From Antedon mediterranea (Eukaryota > Animalia > Echinodermata): 64,000 nucleotides of DNA. The stretch spans positions 18,721,648 to 18,785,647 of the forward strand of contig NC_092673.1 in NCBI RefSeq assembly GCF_964355755.1, read 5' to 3'. The notes under the pieces were generated by a model that was given only the letters and a program-made list of their open reading frames with translations, searched no databases and was not told where the DNA came from. Shown piece by piece: positions 36,301 to 51,300 of this stretch (its first letter is position 1; the number at the start of each line of letters is the position of its first letter). A program made the position numbers and the translations under genes.

Positions 36301-39300
36301 TAGGTTGTTTAAATTAACAGAAGAATTTCCATCAATAAGCCTACATTAATAGTAATTGAAGAATTTTATGAAGAACTCTATCAAAGCAGCCAGTCAGTGG
36401 ACCTTCAATTATCCATAGACTCGGAAGAAATTCCAGACATCACATATTGGGAGGTGCAGCATGCAGTCAAAAACATGAAACGAGGGAAAGCACCAGGACC
36501 AGATAACATTTTAATTGACACAATCAAAGAGGGGGAGGACGTCATTGCTAAGAAGCTGGCGAAGCTATACACAGCTTGCTTACATCAGGGGAAAGTGCCA
36601 GAGAAGTGGAAAGAATCTAACATGATCATCCTTTTAAAGAAAGGGGACAAGAGGGATCTCAAAAACTACAGACCTATTAGTCTTCTTTCAAACATATACA
36701 AGTCAAGTTGTTTACAAGAATCCTGACAAATCGAATGGAAAATTCACTTGATAGCCACCAACCCAGAGGACAAGCAGGGTTTAGGAGTGGTTTTTCTACC
36801 ATGGATCAACTGAACCAGCTCAAAGAAAAATGCCAAGAATACAACAAACCACTTTGTATGGCCTTCATAGACTATGAAAAGGCATTTGATTCAGTGGAGA
36901 CACAGTCAGTTCTAAAAGCTCTGCAAGATCAGGGAATTCATTATAAGTACATTAACCTACTCAAGGACATCTACACCAACTGCACTACCACAGTTACGAT
37001 TCACAAACCAAGCGAGAAAATCCACATAAAGAAGGGTGTCCGACAAGGCGATACAATTTCACAAAACCGTTTACAGCTTGTTTGGAAGGCATATTTCGCT
37101 CACTGGAATGGGAGGATAAAGGAGGGAATATCAATGGAGGAAAATTTTATCATTTGAGGTTTGCAGATGACATTGTTGTCCTGGGAGAGCAAATCAGTGA
37201 AGTGGAGGATATGCTTAAAGACCTTGCCAATGCCAGCAAATGCTGTGGATTGAAAATGAATATGAAGAAAACAAAAGTTATGGCAAATTCCATGGTACCT
37301 CATGGTTCTGTGACTGTTAATGGCAATAAAATTGATGAAGTAAATGAATATATCTATCTGGGGCAGAGATTTAGCCTGAGAGAAAAGAATCAAGAACAGG
37401 AGATAAAGAGGAGAATCAGATTGGGCTGGTGCCAATATGGTAAACTGAGCAACATCATGAGAGGGGAAATCCCGTTAAGCCTAAAAAGAAAGATCTGTAA
37501 TCAATGCGTGTTACCAACCATGACATATGGAGCTGCGACCTGGGCACTGTCAAATAAAATGGAAAAGAAAATAGCAGCAGCACAGCACAACATGGAAAGA
37601 AATATGCTCGGAATCACATATAAAGACAGAAAAACAAATGAATGGGTGAGAAAACAAACACAAGTTCAAGACATGAACTATCAAATTAAGTAAGTGGAAG
37701 TGGGCTGGACATATCAGTAGGAGAAGAGACAATAGATGGCCTTCGCTAATGACATCATGGAGACCGATGGATGGGAGTAGAAATAGAGGAAGACAAAGAG
37801 TGAGATGGCAAGATGAAATAGACAAGTATTGGGGTACAGTGCAGTGGCAGGGAGCAGCTAGAGATCGTGCACTGTGGCAGAAACATGCTGAGGCTTTTGT
37901 CCAACAGTGGACTGACAACGGCTGATGATGAATAGTAATAATATTATTATCAGGTAGGCCGAATAAATAATAATTCGTCTTCTTTGGGGACAGCGCGCTG
38001 CCCGTACCAGGTTACTACCATGAGTATTGACCAATAACAAACGATCTTTCATCGTGTCTAGGGAGGGCTAATAACAAATGAGGGCGCTATATATGCATAG
38101 TTTAAATAGTTTAGTTTATTAATTTCTTCAAGCAAGTTGCGTGGCGCAACGGATGAAGCGTTGTCTTGTAATGGTGTGACTAATCTTTGCAAGTTCAAGT
38201 CTCAGTAGATGACTTTTGTTTATTTATCGCAAAATTTGAGTGTTTCCACACGAAAATTACACTATATCAATATCTTCGTATTCGAGAAATTACTGGATTT
38301 TATATGTTTAATGACAGGGACACGATAATTACGCGAAAATTACTCAGTCAATATCATCATAATCGAGTATATATACAATTTACAATCCTCGCAGTGGTAG
38401 TCATGTGATGCAGTTTCAACCAATCACGTTCACGTATTTACATAGGCTGTAATATAAATAAATATTTGGCCTTGGTTTGGTGGTACTGTTAGTAGGACTA
38501 ACTAAAAAGAAAACCAAAACTGAATTTGAAACTTAAAGTTTCAAACTTTTATAGGCTAAGACCAATCATATAAACTTAAGTCCCATTATGGGCAATTGCA
38601 GTTGAGTTTTACAAACAGTGTTAAAGGCAATTCAACTTCAGTGGAAATAAAATGTACTTAAGTCAAATGTTTTGTACTTAAGTTGAATACAATTGTACTT
38701 CAGTGCAATGTATTTGGCTTAAGTTTAACTTGGAGGTAACTGATAAAATTGCTTGCCATATAGCAGTGATGCCTTATCTTTGGTTCGCAGCGTGTGATTG
38801 TTATACTGAATTCTGTGTGTATAATGTTAATAAATGTTTTGAATTTTCAATTATGTATACTGTTCAAATATGAGTGAGATATTCTTGTTTTTGTGTACTA
38901 GTCCCCCTCCCACAATACTTGACCCCTCTCAAATTTAGCGCTTGATGCGCCCCTGCTTCAATAGGATCAAATCCCCCTTGTCGTCCCCCTCCCCAATGAT
39001 CTGTGTCATGAATATATAAAAGTGTTGCCGAGTTGACGTGACTTTTTATATAAAATTATATGTAATTGTTTTGTTTTTGGTAATGTTTCAGATTTACCAA
39101 GTCCTGTTAGTGATCAATTTCAAACACAATTTGAGAAACTAAAGGTTCAAAAACAGAATGGTGAGTTACAGTGTGTTATATGCATACATATGATTGCAGA
39201 TTTAGAAAATGCAATGAAATAATAGGAATAAAGATTATTTCAATTTATTTCCAAAATATTATAACATAAAACTAATTTGTTAATAAATATAATTGCATAT

Positions 39301-42300
39301 GTAAATACATTGTAAAGTAGTTCAGTCATGTGGAGTCGAGTCATACGTTCTATTTAATCAATTTATCAATCTTATGAAATTAATTTACGTTCATCATATC
39401 TAGAAAGTAAAAAGTCTAAACATAATTTAAAAACACAGTGTAAATATCTACAATAGAATGAGTATTGTATATACTGTTCATATAATTATGAATAAGCTGG
39501 TGTGGTGTTGATACACAACAGAAACTGGCCATGAAAAGCTTTTTTGTTATGTAACTTTGCTATAACTATAATATATAAATCATTTCTGCATGGTATAAAT
39601 AAACACATGTGTATTGTGGTAGGAGACTGCATACAAATGAAATCACAGACAGGTTCTTTACTTCATTCGATATATATAATTTATTATCTGGAACATCAAG
39701 TCACATTCATACATACAGATGTTCAATATAGTTACGACAGTATCTGGATCATTTCACATTCATATATACAGAGATGTTCAATATAGTTATAACAGTATCT
39801 GAATCGTTTCACATTCATATATACAGATGTTCACTAATCAGCGTATACGAAGATTTAAGCACAAAACAACAATGTACAGGATTACAAATTCAGTCAAACC
39901 CAAACCAAAAACCCCTTGAGTCATCTGTCAAATAAATGGAAGTTCACCGGCTCCGAGCAAACCAATCTTCTCCGAGCAAACCAATCTTCATATCATATCT
40001 ATCCATAAACCTATTACAATATCATAAAAGAATTCATCATTATTTACCTTATACAGTAGTAAAATAACACTATCAATTACAAGAACGGGAACGTCCCATT
40101 CCGCCGCCATGTTCTGTAACTAGCATACCTACAGTATGCACACACGTGTGAATGACCATACATCATAATAACCATAATAAACCACATATAATATCACTTT
40201 CCTAGTTAATTAACATGGCAAATATAAGTATAGCAAGATTATCAATCAATCACAGTATCTTAGGGTATTCTACTATGATTTCAATGCAGGTTATCTACAA
40301 TATATTTCAACGTACGAAAACTACGCAGAAACCTTGTACATGTACCCTTATATAGTACAGTACCAAAAATACATCCGCGGCATAATATAGTTCAGTAAAT
40401 ACCGCCCTCCCACAGTATGATACATCAGGTTGAAATAAAAGAATTTGCATTGTGTAATGAAGACAATTGTGACAATGGCTATTTATCAAATACCATTAAA
40501 GTAATATCTTACAGTAGATTTCTATTCTGCAGATCAAATTAAGGAAGTGTTTGTGGGATCTGCTGGTGATGTGCTTCATCTTGAGGAGGCAGACATCAAG
40601 TTGGAGATACATTCTGAAGCAATTAAAGTGGAGAAAGTTAAAGTATCACTAGAAAATTGTTTTGAGGAAACAGACATGCCTGTACTTCATCCTCATGAAA
40701 CCATTATATCACCTATTGTTAAATGTGGACCAGAAGGCACCAGCTTCAACAAGCCCATTTCATTGTCATTTCCACACGATGCTGTAAATGAAGAGAATTG
40801 GGAATTTAGTCTACTTGTTAAAGATCGCATTGAAGATGAATGGAAACAAATTGAAAAGGATAAAAAGGACATACAGTTTACTTTTAAAAACGGTCGATGT
40901 TGTATAACATTAAATCATTTCAGTTTTTATGCACTAAAGGGTCATGTAAGAAATTTCTTTGGTAAGAAAAGAATGTTGTTAGGAGTTTTTGGAAAGATGC
41001 TTGCAAATGATGAATATCAACTTCAAACAAGACTTTTTAAGCCGTCAGATAAACAGGTAATTACTATTTGTTGTTAAACTGTGTTTAAATAAAGTAGTTC
41101 TTAATTTACTTACATTAACAAAATATTGTCAAAATATAGATATAATAAATAGTTGCTTTGTCATCTTATATTTGGTCAATAACATTAACCTAGAGTAGTT
41201 AATTTGGCATAATATTTATTCTCTTATTTTTATATGCCTTAAAATTATACAGTGTGAACAAATGCATTTTCTTGACACCTACCTTCAGACCTGGGGATTC
41301 ACAGGCACTAAATTTGAGCTAACTTATGACATATTTACGGCAGAAAATTCAAAATTATTTAAAAAATGATATTAATAAATCGTGTATTGAATTGATTCCT
41401 GATCATTATAAAATATGCTGTAAAGAAGTAAACATGATGATTGCATTGTACACTTCCCTCATATAATTAATAAACTAATATACACAGTCACAAATAACAT
41501 TAAGTATATGTATATATATATATTTCAGAGGATAATAGAAGAGCACAAAGAAATCAGTGAGAAGCCTTTAATAACACCAGTAGATATACTATCTATGTAT
41601 AAGGACATGAACATTACTGTAGCAGTATCAGAACAGGAATGGAAAGTTCATGAGAAAAAAAAAGTAGGAATATCAATATTTTTAGTAGATTGGCATGGTA
41701 AAGAATTATGCATTAAACATGTTTTTGCAGGGATACCACATAACTTGAGAATTCATAATGATAATTGATCAATAAATAAAATCTCTATTGCTATCCATAT
41801 ATTTAGCATACTGGATCACGATACTGAGTTAAGATCTTTAACTCTGTCTACACTGTCAAACTAGTTTGACAAAAAAAGTGTGATATATACAAATATGGTA
41901 GTGATATGCCCAAAAATGGTAGTGATATGACATCATCTTGTCCATATATAGGCACATTTTGTTTGATAGTGTAGACAGAGCTTTAGAATAAAAATGCTGT
42001 CTTTTGATTAGTCTCGTTGGAGGATGCACACTTTTAATTGCAGTTAGCCATTTTTGTATTTCTCATTGAGAGAAAAACTCTTTGAATGAAAGCATTATCA
42101 TAACATATAACACATAACATTATAAACAAAATTATTTTAAAAAAAATGTATTCACCAAAGCAATCAATTTAACTACAGTGCCTTTGAGCTGTAACTTTTT
42201 ATCTCCTGGCTCCTTTTTTCCCTTAGACTGTCACTGCTGAATACCTATGGCGTGGAACACCATTGAAGAATTTTCTTTTAAAAAGAGGTAATTCATCAGC

Positions 42301-45300
42301 AAAAGTCCTAAAGGCAACAGTATCACTGTCACAAGAGTCAAATGATATTGATCCAGTGGAAGTGAATTGTAAGTATTTAAAATGCAACAACAATTAAAGT
42401 CTAAATTTAGAATGATTGTAATAAATAAAATGTACTATTCAAATACGGTAATCAGACATTACCATCCATGACAATAACCACCCATTATTAACTGTACCAT
42501 TGTTAGAATATGGGGTGGAATCAATATAGGTGTTGGCTTGTTTTTTATCTAGCACTACAATACACTTTGGTTACATTGCTAGTTCCTAAAACACCTTAAT
42601 TCTTCCGCATATCAAGCAGAGGATTTTTATTTCGAATATCGGTTGGGTGTTTTTTTTTCTAATTCTTACAGATTTTCTCATCTTAATTTTTTTATATTAT
42701 TTAATTTCCAGTATAATATTACTAGTCAAGTTTTTCTATATATATATACACTATATATAAATCTGGTTTCTTTTTTTATTGAAAAAATGATTAAATATTT
42801 TATTTGTTATAGGTAATGTTGAGACATCAGGACCAAATCCAGGTATGTTATATTAATTGTGGTAATGATTAAGTCTGTTTTCACCTTGACCAGAGAAAAG
42901 GCATAAGCCAATACGTCTGAGGCAGATACTAGATGCAAGGGCTGCCAGCAGTTCTGATTTTAAATGCTTGATGGGATCTCAACTCCCAGACGGTCTCCCA
43001 TCCAAGCTCCAACCGGGTCCAACGTTGCTCAACTTTGGTGATCAGACAAGAAAACCAGTGTTTCAACATGATAAGGCCGTATCATATCATGTAGTGCATG
43101 AACAAACAAAAAAACAGACTACAATTTGTAGAATTTAATTCACCACCATTTCTATGGAAAATTATACAATAAAGAGTGCCCTTAAGCACCATTTTGTCTG
43201 GCACTATTAGCCAGATTTTATCAACTTTACAGGTTATATTCCAACCAATGTGAATAGTTTTATGGTAAGCGCCGGCAGGCATCTATGCCGCATGCCTATG
43301 AACATTTTTAGACCATGATACATTATAACAAATATATTTACTGTAATTTTTAGCTAATTTGTTCATCCCATGCTGGTACAGGTGTTCCTCCCAGTACAGG
43401 TGTGTCTTCTGGTACAGGTGTGTCTTCAGGTACAGGTGTTCCTTCCAGTACAGGTGTGTATTCTGGTGCAGGTGTGTCTTCTTGTACAGATAAACAAAAT
43501 TTTCAAAACTTTCTTTTATTTAAAAGTCGAAGATAGCCAGGTCTCGGGTCCATTCTGTTGTCGTCACAGATTGATATCTTCATCAGTACTTCTATGAATG
43601 GATGATTAGGTGGGAACACGAACGCTAGTTGATCATACCCAGTACCGTTTTGATCGTACGATTAATCGGGAAACCTCCTCACGATATATATAATATATTC
43701 TATATAATAACATTAAAATGTTTACTTTTCTTGTCACAGTTACATAGTAATATTTTTAGTTAATGGTTATAGTTACTCAATAATAGTATAATTGTTTGTT
43801 GCAGAAACAAGAAATCCATTGGAAGACAAGTTCAACAAGTTAAATTATGATCTCAGTGAAGTATTTATGAAGTATCAGAAAAGATATTATTTTTTGAGAT
43901 GTTGTCTCTCTGAGCACATTGCATTACAGGTCCTTGGCAATAGAGATTGCATAGCAAATGATTATTTCAATGAACTCTCTGAGAAAGGATATATCAAACC
44001 AACTGATGTTGATCTTTTGCTAAATATTGCAGAATTATCAGAAATTCAGGAAGCTAGAAATGTTGTAGCACAGTATATGAGAGACAACAATGTTAAAAAT
44101 ACTGATAGACATAAGTTGTCCCCATATAGGAAAAGATTGTGCAAGGCATTGAGAGAGTTTAACCCAAATGAAATCAATAAGATTAATGCTTTTTATCAAT
44201 TGGAATTATCAACCATTTGGGATGTCGCATTTGAGTTAGAGAGGAAAAACAAATTAGTGAATAAATCACAGAGAAAAGCGTTTGCTAACATTCTTGGACC
44301 AACTCCTAAGAAGATACTTGGTATGTACAATATTTTTTGTATTAAAAAATTGTCTCTAGAGTAGGTGTTGTTAATAAAAATATTAGTTTTTATGAAAAGA
44401 TTTTGCTGGTGGCCTTTATTTTACACTGACAATCTGTATTGATAAGAAAATACTAAAAGTACAGTACATTTTCTCACATCAGATCAGACCATATGTTTTA
44501 GTATGTGGCTGCCTTGAATGAAAACTTCAAAACTATTGCAGAGAAATTCATTTTTAATGCTAATTTATTTAAAAAAAATAAACAACAGACAAAATAGCTA
44601 ATAGTATTGTTAAAGACACCTTCCCTACAATTTGTGACGTTTTGTAAAAATAATACATACATATTACTTTAAAAACATTAAACCAGGTCATTCCTTGTCG
44701 TAAATGTACGTTTTATGGTAAATTATGATAAAAAGTGAGAAACAATGCACTACTTAAGTAGCTCGCGGCGAGTGACCTCTCGTAGTCGGTCTTTAGGCCT
44801 AGCCTAGCTAGGCTTAGTTTTGTAGGCCTAGCTGGTAAACATCGGTAACGTACGAACATCGTACGCTACCTATATACCTAGCCTGACGTCGTATAGTTGC
44901 TGCATTAATTGTCTTTCTATTTTTGCCAGACTCCATTGATACAAATTGAGGAAAACCCGGTATTTTCGCTGAAAAGTTAGGAGTCTTCCATTTGTTTTGG
45001 CCTCACGATCGATCGAAAAGTGGGTGAATTACATACGAAAAAAAAAAAAAATATCAATCCGCGCGCAATGCATTTTGCGATTTATAGCGGGCCGCTATAA
45101 TTATTAGAATCGGCTTATTTTTCACATTTTTAATCATTTAAAGACAAAAATTAGGACGCAATAGGACCATATAGTATTAATATTAAATATAGTTTGAGAT
45201 CTTAAATTAGATCTAAAAAATGTAGGGAAGGTGTCTTTAATGTCACCAAGTTAATTTAATGATAGATGATACCACACATACCGACATGAAATTATTAAAA

Positions 45301-48300
45301 TATTTAAAAAAAATCGTATCTCTTCACAGATGAGCAAGACGATACAGCGACTACTACACAAGCCAGTGAACAAGGTATGATCCATTGATGATACAGTCAA
45401 GTGTATAAATACTAATTTACATTTTGTCAAATCAAAATTGAACTGTTCACCGCTGTTAAAAAACCAAGCATTATTATTATTAAACTATCTGTTTTTTTTT
45501 TTTAACTCTTTCACTGCGTATACATCCCTGTATTATCAACAAACTTAAAAATAAGAGATAGTTCTCTATCCAATGTAAATAGAACAGTTTATATTTCATC
45601 AAAGAACATATTGTTATTGTTAATCTTATTTTGATATGCTTGCTCTATAAATTCAACAACAGATTAATTATGATTGGTCAAAGCTCTCTGTGAAGCTGTC
45701 AACATCTTTGAAAATAGGCTTCTGGGCTCAACTTACTAAGTATTTGCTGCCCCATATATCTGGGAAAATTGGCCGTTGGTAGAGACAAAATTTGAAATTT
45801 ACTTTGTTATTTATAAAGTCGCAAATTAGCATGCAACATACAAATACATTGCAAAATAATAACAAATTGATATTAATTAATAATCAAATTAGGGTGTGTT
45901 ACATTGTATAGGTCTATGGTACAGGGCTCAGGTGGCAGGCCTTTACTTTACTTGCCAACTAATGTTTATTTTTTTCTTATATAAATTTTCTGGTTTTTTA
46001 TTGTAATAACCTAATGCTATTTTTTGTAATATATTAATAAACCATAAATCAATTAAAAAAAATGAGGTTCTGCACAGTAAATGAAGATGATAATGGATGA
46101 AAATGTATTAGAAATTTATGTTATTGTGGTTGATTGTGTTGAGTAATGAATAATCAAATGCTGTTGCTTGTGATATTTAATTCTTAATACTAATACTCAT
46201 TTCAGATCTGCAGTCGCCAGAAAATGACAGGTAAGTAGTACTGTATAATGAGTGTATCACAGTATCTATACTGTTTATTTATACTCTCCAATACCATAGA
46301 GATAGACCAACACCCTGCTAGTTAATTGTTTGCCCTGAGATGATAGTCTGGAAGGGATACATATTATTACTATCACTTGTGTGTCTATCAGTTCAGTTGT
46401 ATACTAATAACATAACCTGTTAATACAACCATAAAGTTCAACCATAGAAATAGTGTTGAAACAATTATACACAAAATCAAGAATAACAAACATCAAAAGA
46501 ACTTTTAAACCCAACAACCAAGTTATAATAGTAATGAAACAATCCTGGTTTTATATAGAATTACATTCTGCATAAGCTTAACGGAGGATGACGGACCTTT
46601 TGTCCTACCAATATTTTTAATTTCAGTAAGATATATGCCACACTTCCGTTTTGGCCGACAGACTCCCATATTTATACTTGTCTCTTAGACTAACGTGCTC
46701 CTGGTTTTATATTCTCCCGTATTACAAAGATAACTGAACTTTGATGTATATGTGTTGCTTTCTGCAATAAAATATAAAAAAAAAAGCTAAAAAAACATAC
46801 AAATTTATGGTATTTAAGTCATAATTTATTGATCACCTTATTGAAGGGGATTCTTTTCACATAGTCATTATGGTACCAATTGCTCCTTGCATTTCCTGAT
46901 TTTGATAATAATACTGTAAAAAAGGGAGTGGGGATGGGTTGCTAGAACCATAAAACCCTCCTGCTTACGAGTCTGTTATCCTTATTATAGGGAGTGGGGA
47001 GGGGTTGCTAGACCATAAAACCCTCCTGCTTACGAGTCTGAATCCGTATTATAGGGAGTGGGGAGGGTTTGCTAGACCATAAAACCCTCCTTCTTACGAG
47101 TATGTTATACTTATTATAGGGAGTGGGGAGGGTTTGCTAGACCATAAAACCCTCCTTCTTACGAGTCTGTTATCCTTATTATAGGGAGTGGGGAGGGGTT
47201 GCTAGAACCATACTTACTTACGAGTCTGTTATCCTTATTATAGGGAGTGGGGAGGGTTTGCTAGAACCATACTTACTTACGAGTCTGTTATCCTTATTAT
47301 AGGGAGTGGGGAGGGTTTGCTAAAACTATAAAACCCTCCTGCTTACGAGTCTGTTATCTTTATTATAGTTTTACTAATGTGTACATATACATTTTTATTT
47401 TTAGCCTGAAAGAAAGCATACAGACATTTGTCAAAGGTAATTTCCTTAATCATTATTGATAATCTATACATTGTTACAACATGCTGCTATTAACTGTGAT
47501 ATCTTCATTCCTGTTACCTGTAGTAGTACTCTCAGAATCATTATTGATAATCTATACATTGTTACAACATGCTGCTATTAGCTGTGAAATCTTCATTCCT
47601 CTTACCAGTAGTAGTACTATCAGAATCATTATTGAGAATCTATACATTGTTACAACATGCTGCTATTAGCTGTGATATCTTCATTCCTCTTACTAGTAGT
47701 AGTACTATCAGAATCATTATTGATAATCTATACATTGTTACAACATGCTGTTATTAGCTGTGATATCTTCATTCCTCTTACCAGTATCATTATTGATAAT
47801 CTATACATTGTTACAACATGCTGCTATTAGCTGTGATATCTTCATTCCTCTTATCAGTAGTAGTACTATCAGAATCATTATTGATAATCTATACATTATT
47901 ACAACATGCTGCTATTAGCTGTGATATCTTCATTCCTCTTACCAGTAGTAGTACTAGTAGAATCATTATTGATAATCTATACATTGTTACAACATGCTGC
48001 TATTAGCTGTGATATCTTTATTTTATGTCTGATGTTTGTCCTGACAACGTCTCATGTCCTGACCAATTGACTGATGCTCTATTCTCAGAACGTCTATGAT
48101 GATCATACATCTAACATTGATCCTGATCAGAATTTTTTTCATAGCAACATTAATCTATATATAAATTTACGTAAGGGCAAAATTCGGTAAATCGCGCCTT
48201 ACTTTTAGAATTTTTACTCGATGGTATGTAAAGTTGGTTCGTACTTTCGGTACTGATTTAACCACCTGATGCAACCCTGTTTACTAATTAAATTAAGTTA

Positions 48301-51300
48301 GATAATTAGTTATTGACGATTAAAACGAATTTAGGTTCAACAATTTGCCCCAGATAGGGGTGTTTTCCGATCGTGGTATACACTGTCTAATGGATGTCTA
48401 TCTTGAAAAATACCCGCCACAAAAATGCGAGGAGGCTTTGCATTTTCCTATCTCCTCCTACGATAATTGTTTTTAATAGCTGAAAACCGGTTGAACAGCT
48501 CGAGTACAGTATCATAATGTTGAAGACAGGCCGATTTTCTTAAAAAAATACTATTTTGATAGATTTAATATACGTTTATACAAATGTATTGATTTGCGAT
48601 GAATGGAACATTCCAATCTCTGTGTCGTTCCACAAGTGTCTATTCCCTCAGGCGTCGTAAAGGAAAGTACTGTATACTCATAACAGAAATTCGATCTGTG
48701 CTGCAGAGGTTGGATATAATTTTTTTTAAACGGATAATGAGCTAGCGTTTTCAGTCGCCGTAATTTAATATTTATTACCGATTAAATCGAATTTATGATT
48801 TGCCCCGAATAGAGGTGGTTTTCACAAATTGTTTAACATTATATATAAACATACGTCGTAGTGTATCGTTACATGTACTGTACTATTTCAATCGACTACG
48901 ACGGTGATAGTTTCAACAAAGTATTACATCGCAATGCTTTGTGGTATATTATTTGTAAAACATGTTAATTAATATTTCGTTACAAAATAAAGAATATATT
49001 TAAAAATTGTTCCTCTTTGCACCCATCCTCTTTCCCATCTCTCAACCATAGGCCTAATGTTACATACAAAACACAAATTAAGTTTGTTTAAATTTGACTT
49101 AAACAATTGGTCTCATTTTGTGACAACTTTCTCTTTCGGAAGTAATTCCCAGTGTGCTAATTTTAGTTGAGTACATAAATCACAGTGTCTATTTAATCGT
49201 TCCTGTAAACGACATATATTATTGTCCTGCATTATTGTACATTTGAAATCGCCAGTTTTTTAACGCTGAAATTACTGTATATTCGAGAACCATCTGTGGG
49301 CACGACCTAGATGGTACGCGAGCGAAGCGAGCGTGCCATCTAGTATATCAAATTATTATCCTAGTGATTTTACCCACAAAATTAATACGAATTCAGACAA
49401 TATTTTTTCATCCATCCACTTTAATGCAAGAAGTCTATTAAAAAATATTGATCCAATCGTGAGTCTTCTCTACATTTTTCTTTCGATGTGAATGCTGTTA
49501 GTAAAACATGGTTTTTAAAATTTGATAATCCCTTGGTTAAAATCCCTGGATTTTCTTTTGTCTCGAATCACAGGTCTTTTAAAGGAGGCGACGGTGTCGC
49601 CTTGTATATTTGCGATGGCCTTCAATTTTAAATAAGAGATGATCTATTTTTTTACCCCCTAGTTTGCGAATCAATATTTGTTGAAATCATCCACCCTAAT
49701 ACAAAAAATATTATTAAAAGAAGTATCTATAGAGCCCCATTAAATGATCCGCTTGTGTTTATTGATCAACTTGATTCAATCTTAGCCAAATTATCCAATG
49801 AAAACAAAATAAATTATATTCTTGGTGACTTCAATATTGATATATTAAAAAATGAATCAAATAATGATGCTTGTCAATTTGTTAACTCTCTGTTTAGTAA
49901 TTATTTTCTCCCCCTTATTCATAGACCATCCAGAATGACCAAGTCCTCTTTCTCACTGATTGACAATATTATAACCATGGAGGTTTTATACCTCCATGTT
50001 ATACCTAATAAATTTGATTTCCCTAGTATAAGTGGACTATTATATAGTGATATTTCGAACGATCTTTTTAATCCAATTCCTAAAAAAATACTTGGTATGT
50101 ATTTATGCAAACATGCTCTAAAAAAAGTGTTGAAATAATTTACTGGTACTTAGCTGTTAACACGATCACATTAAGTTGAAGACAATTTTCCCTCCCTCCC
50201 GCCCAATAACAGAGTAGGTGTTGTTAGTAATATTAGTTTTTGTGAGAATATTTTGTCTTTATTTTACGCTGACATTCTGTATTGATAAGAAAATACTGAA
50301 AGTACAGTACATTTTCTCACATCAGATCAGACCATATTTTTTAGTATGTGGCTTCCTTGAATTGAAACTTCAAAACTATTGCAGAGAAATTCATTTTTAA
50401 TGCTAATTTATTTTAAACAAGGCCAACAGCCATTAAGTCGCGTGCTACAATGCATAGTGATACCGGACCGACATACAGACCGATAAACCGACAGACAGAC
50501 CGACAGACAGACAGACAGACCGACCGACATAGTGAACTATACTGACCGAAATTACTGAACATGTTTAAAAATGTTGAAATGTTTAAAAACATTTATATTT
50601 TTTTAATTTACACGTGCGTAGCCTGTCACTTTCGACGTGCTCGTATAACGTAATTTCGAGTTGAAAAGTAAGTCAAGAAAACAGAAATCAAGCAAAAAGA
50701 GTGCGTAATAACATTTAACACGCAGTGCGCGCGCAAAAATATGCGCACTCATGGCAATTTTGTAAACGCTTAAAATTGCCTGAAATGTACTCTTATTTCA
50801 TCGAAAATAAATTTTGAAAATTTTAAGCGCGCGTACGCATGCGTTACATGCGCTACGCACGTAATTGTATTGCCATATGATGATTTATGCCCTGAAATTT
50901 ATGAGTACCAAATTTTATTTAATTGTGATTCATGGTTGTGAAGATATGATTACAAACGTGATTTCGTTAAATCGTGCGTAGACCGCGTAATTTTTTATTG
51001 CGCACCGTGAAAACATAACCACATTGATTCCTGGCCATAAGGAATATACTGTGAAAAATTGACCTAGCTAGATTAAACTGATATCAAGATAAGGTCAGAA
51101 AGGGATAAAACGCATAGTGATACCGGACCGACAGACAGACAGACCGACAGACAGACCGACCGACCGACATAGTGAACTATAGAGTCGCTTCCACGCGACT
51201 AAAAACAGACAAAATAGCTTCTTGTATTATTAATGTCACCAAGTTGATTTAATGACAGATGATACCACACACACTGACATGAAATTATTTTACAATATTA

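Noticed and set aside
35917-38460. Possible non-autonomous element surrounding the RTE insertion
   Set aside because: Contains imperfect inverted repeats, but I could not define termini or a TSD.
39490-40430. Possible LTR or other TE remnants before the ZU5 exon
   Set aside because: Short internal duplications are present, but there is no convincing TG...CA pair, PBS or TSD.
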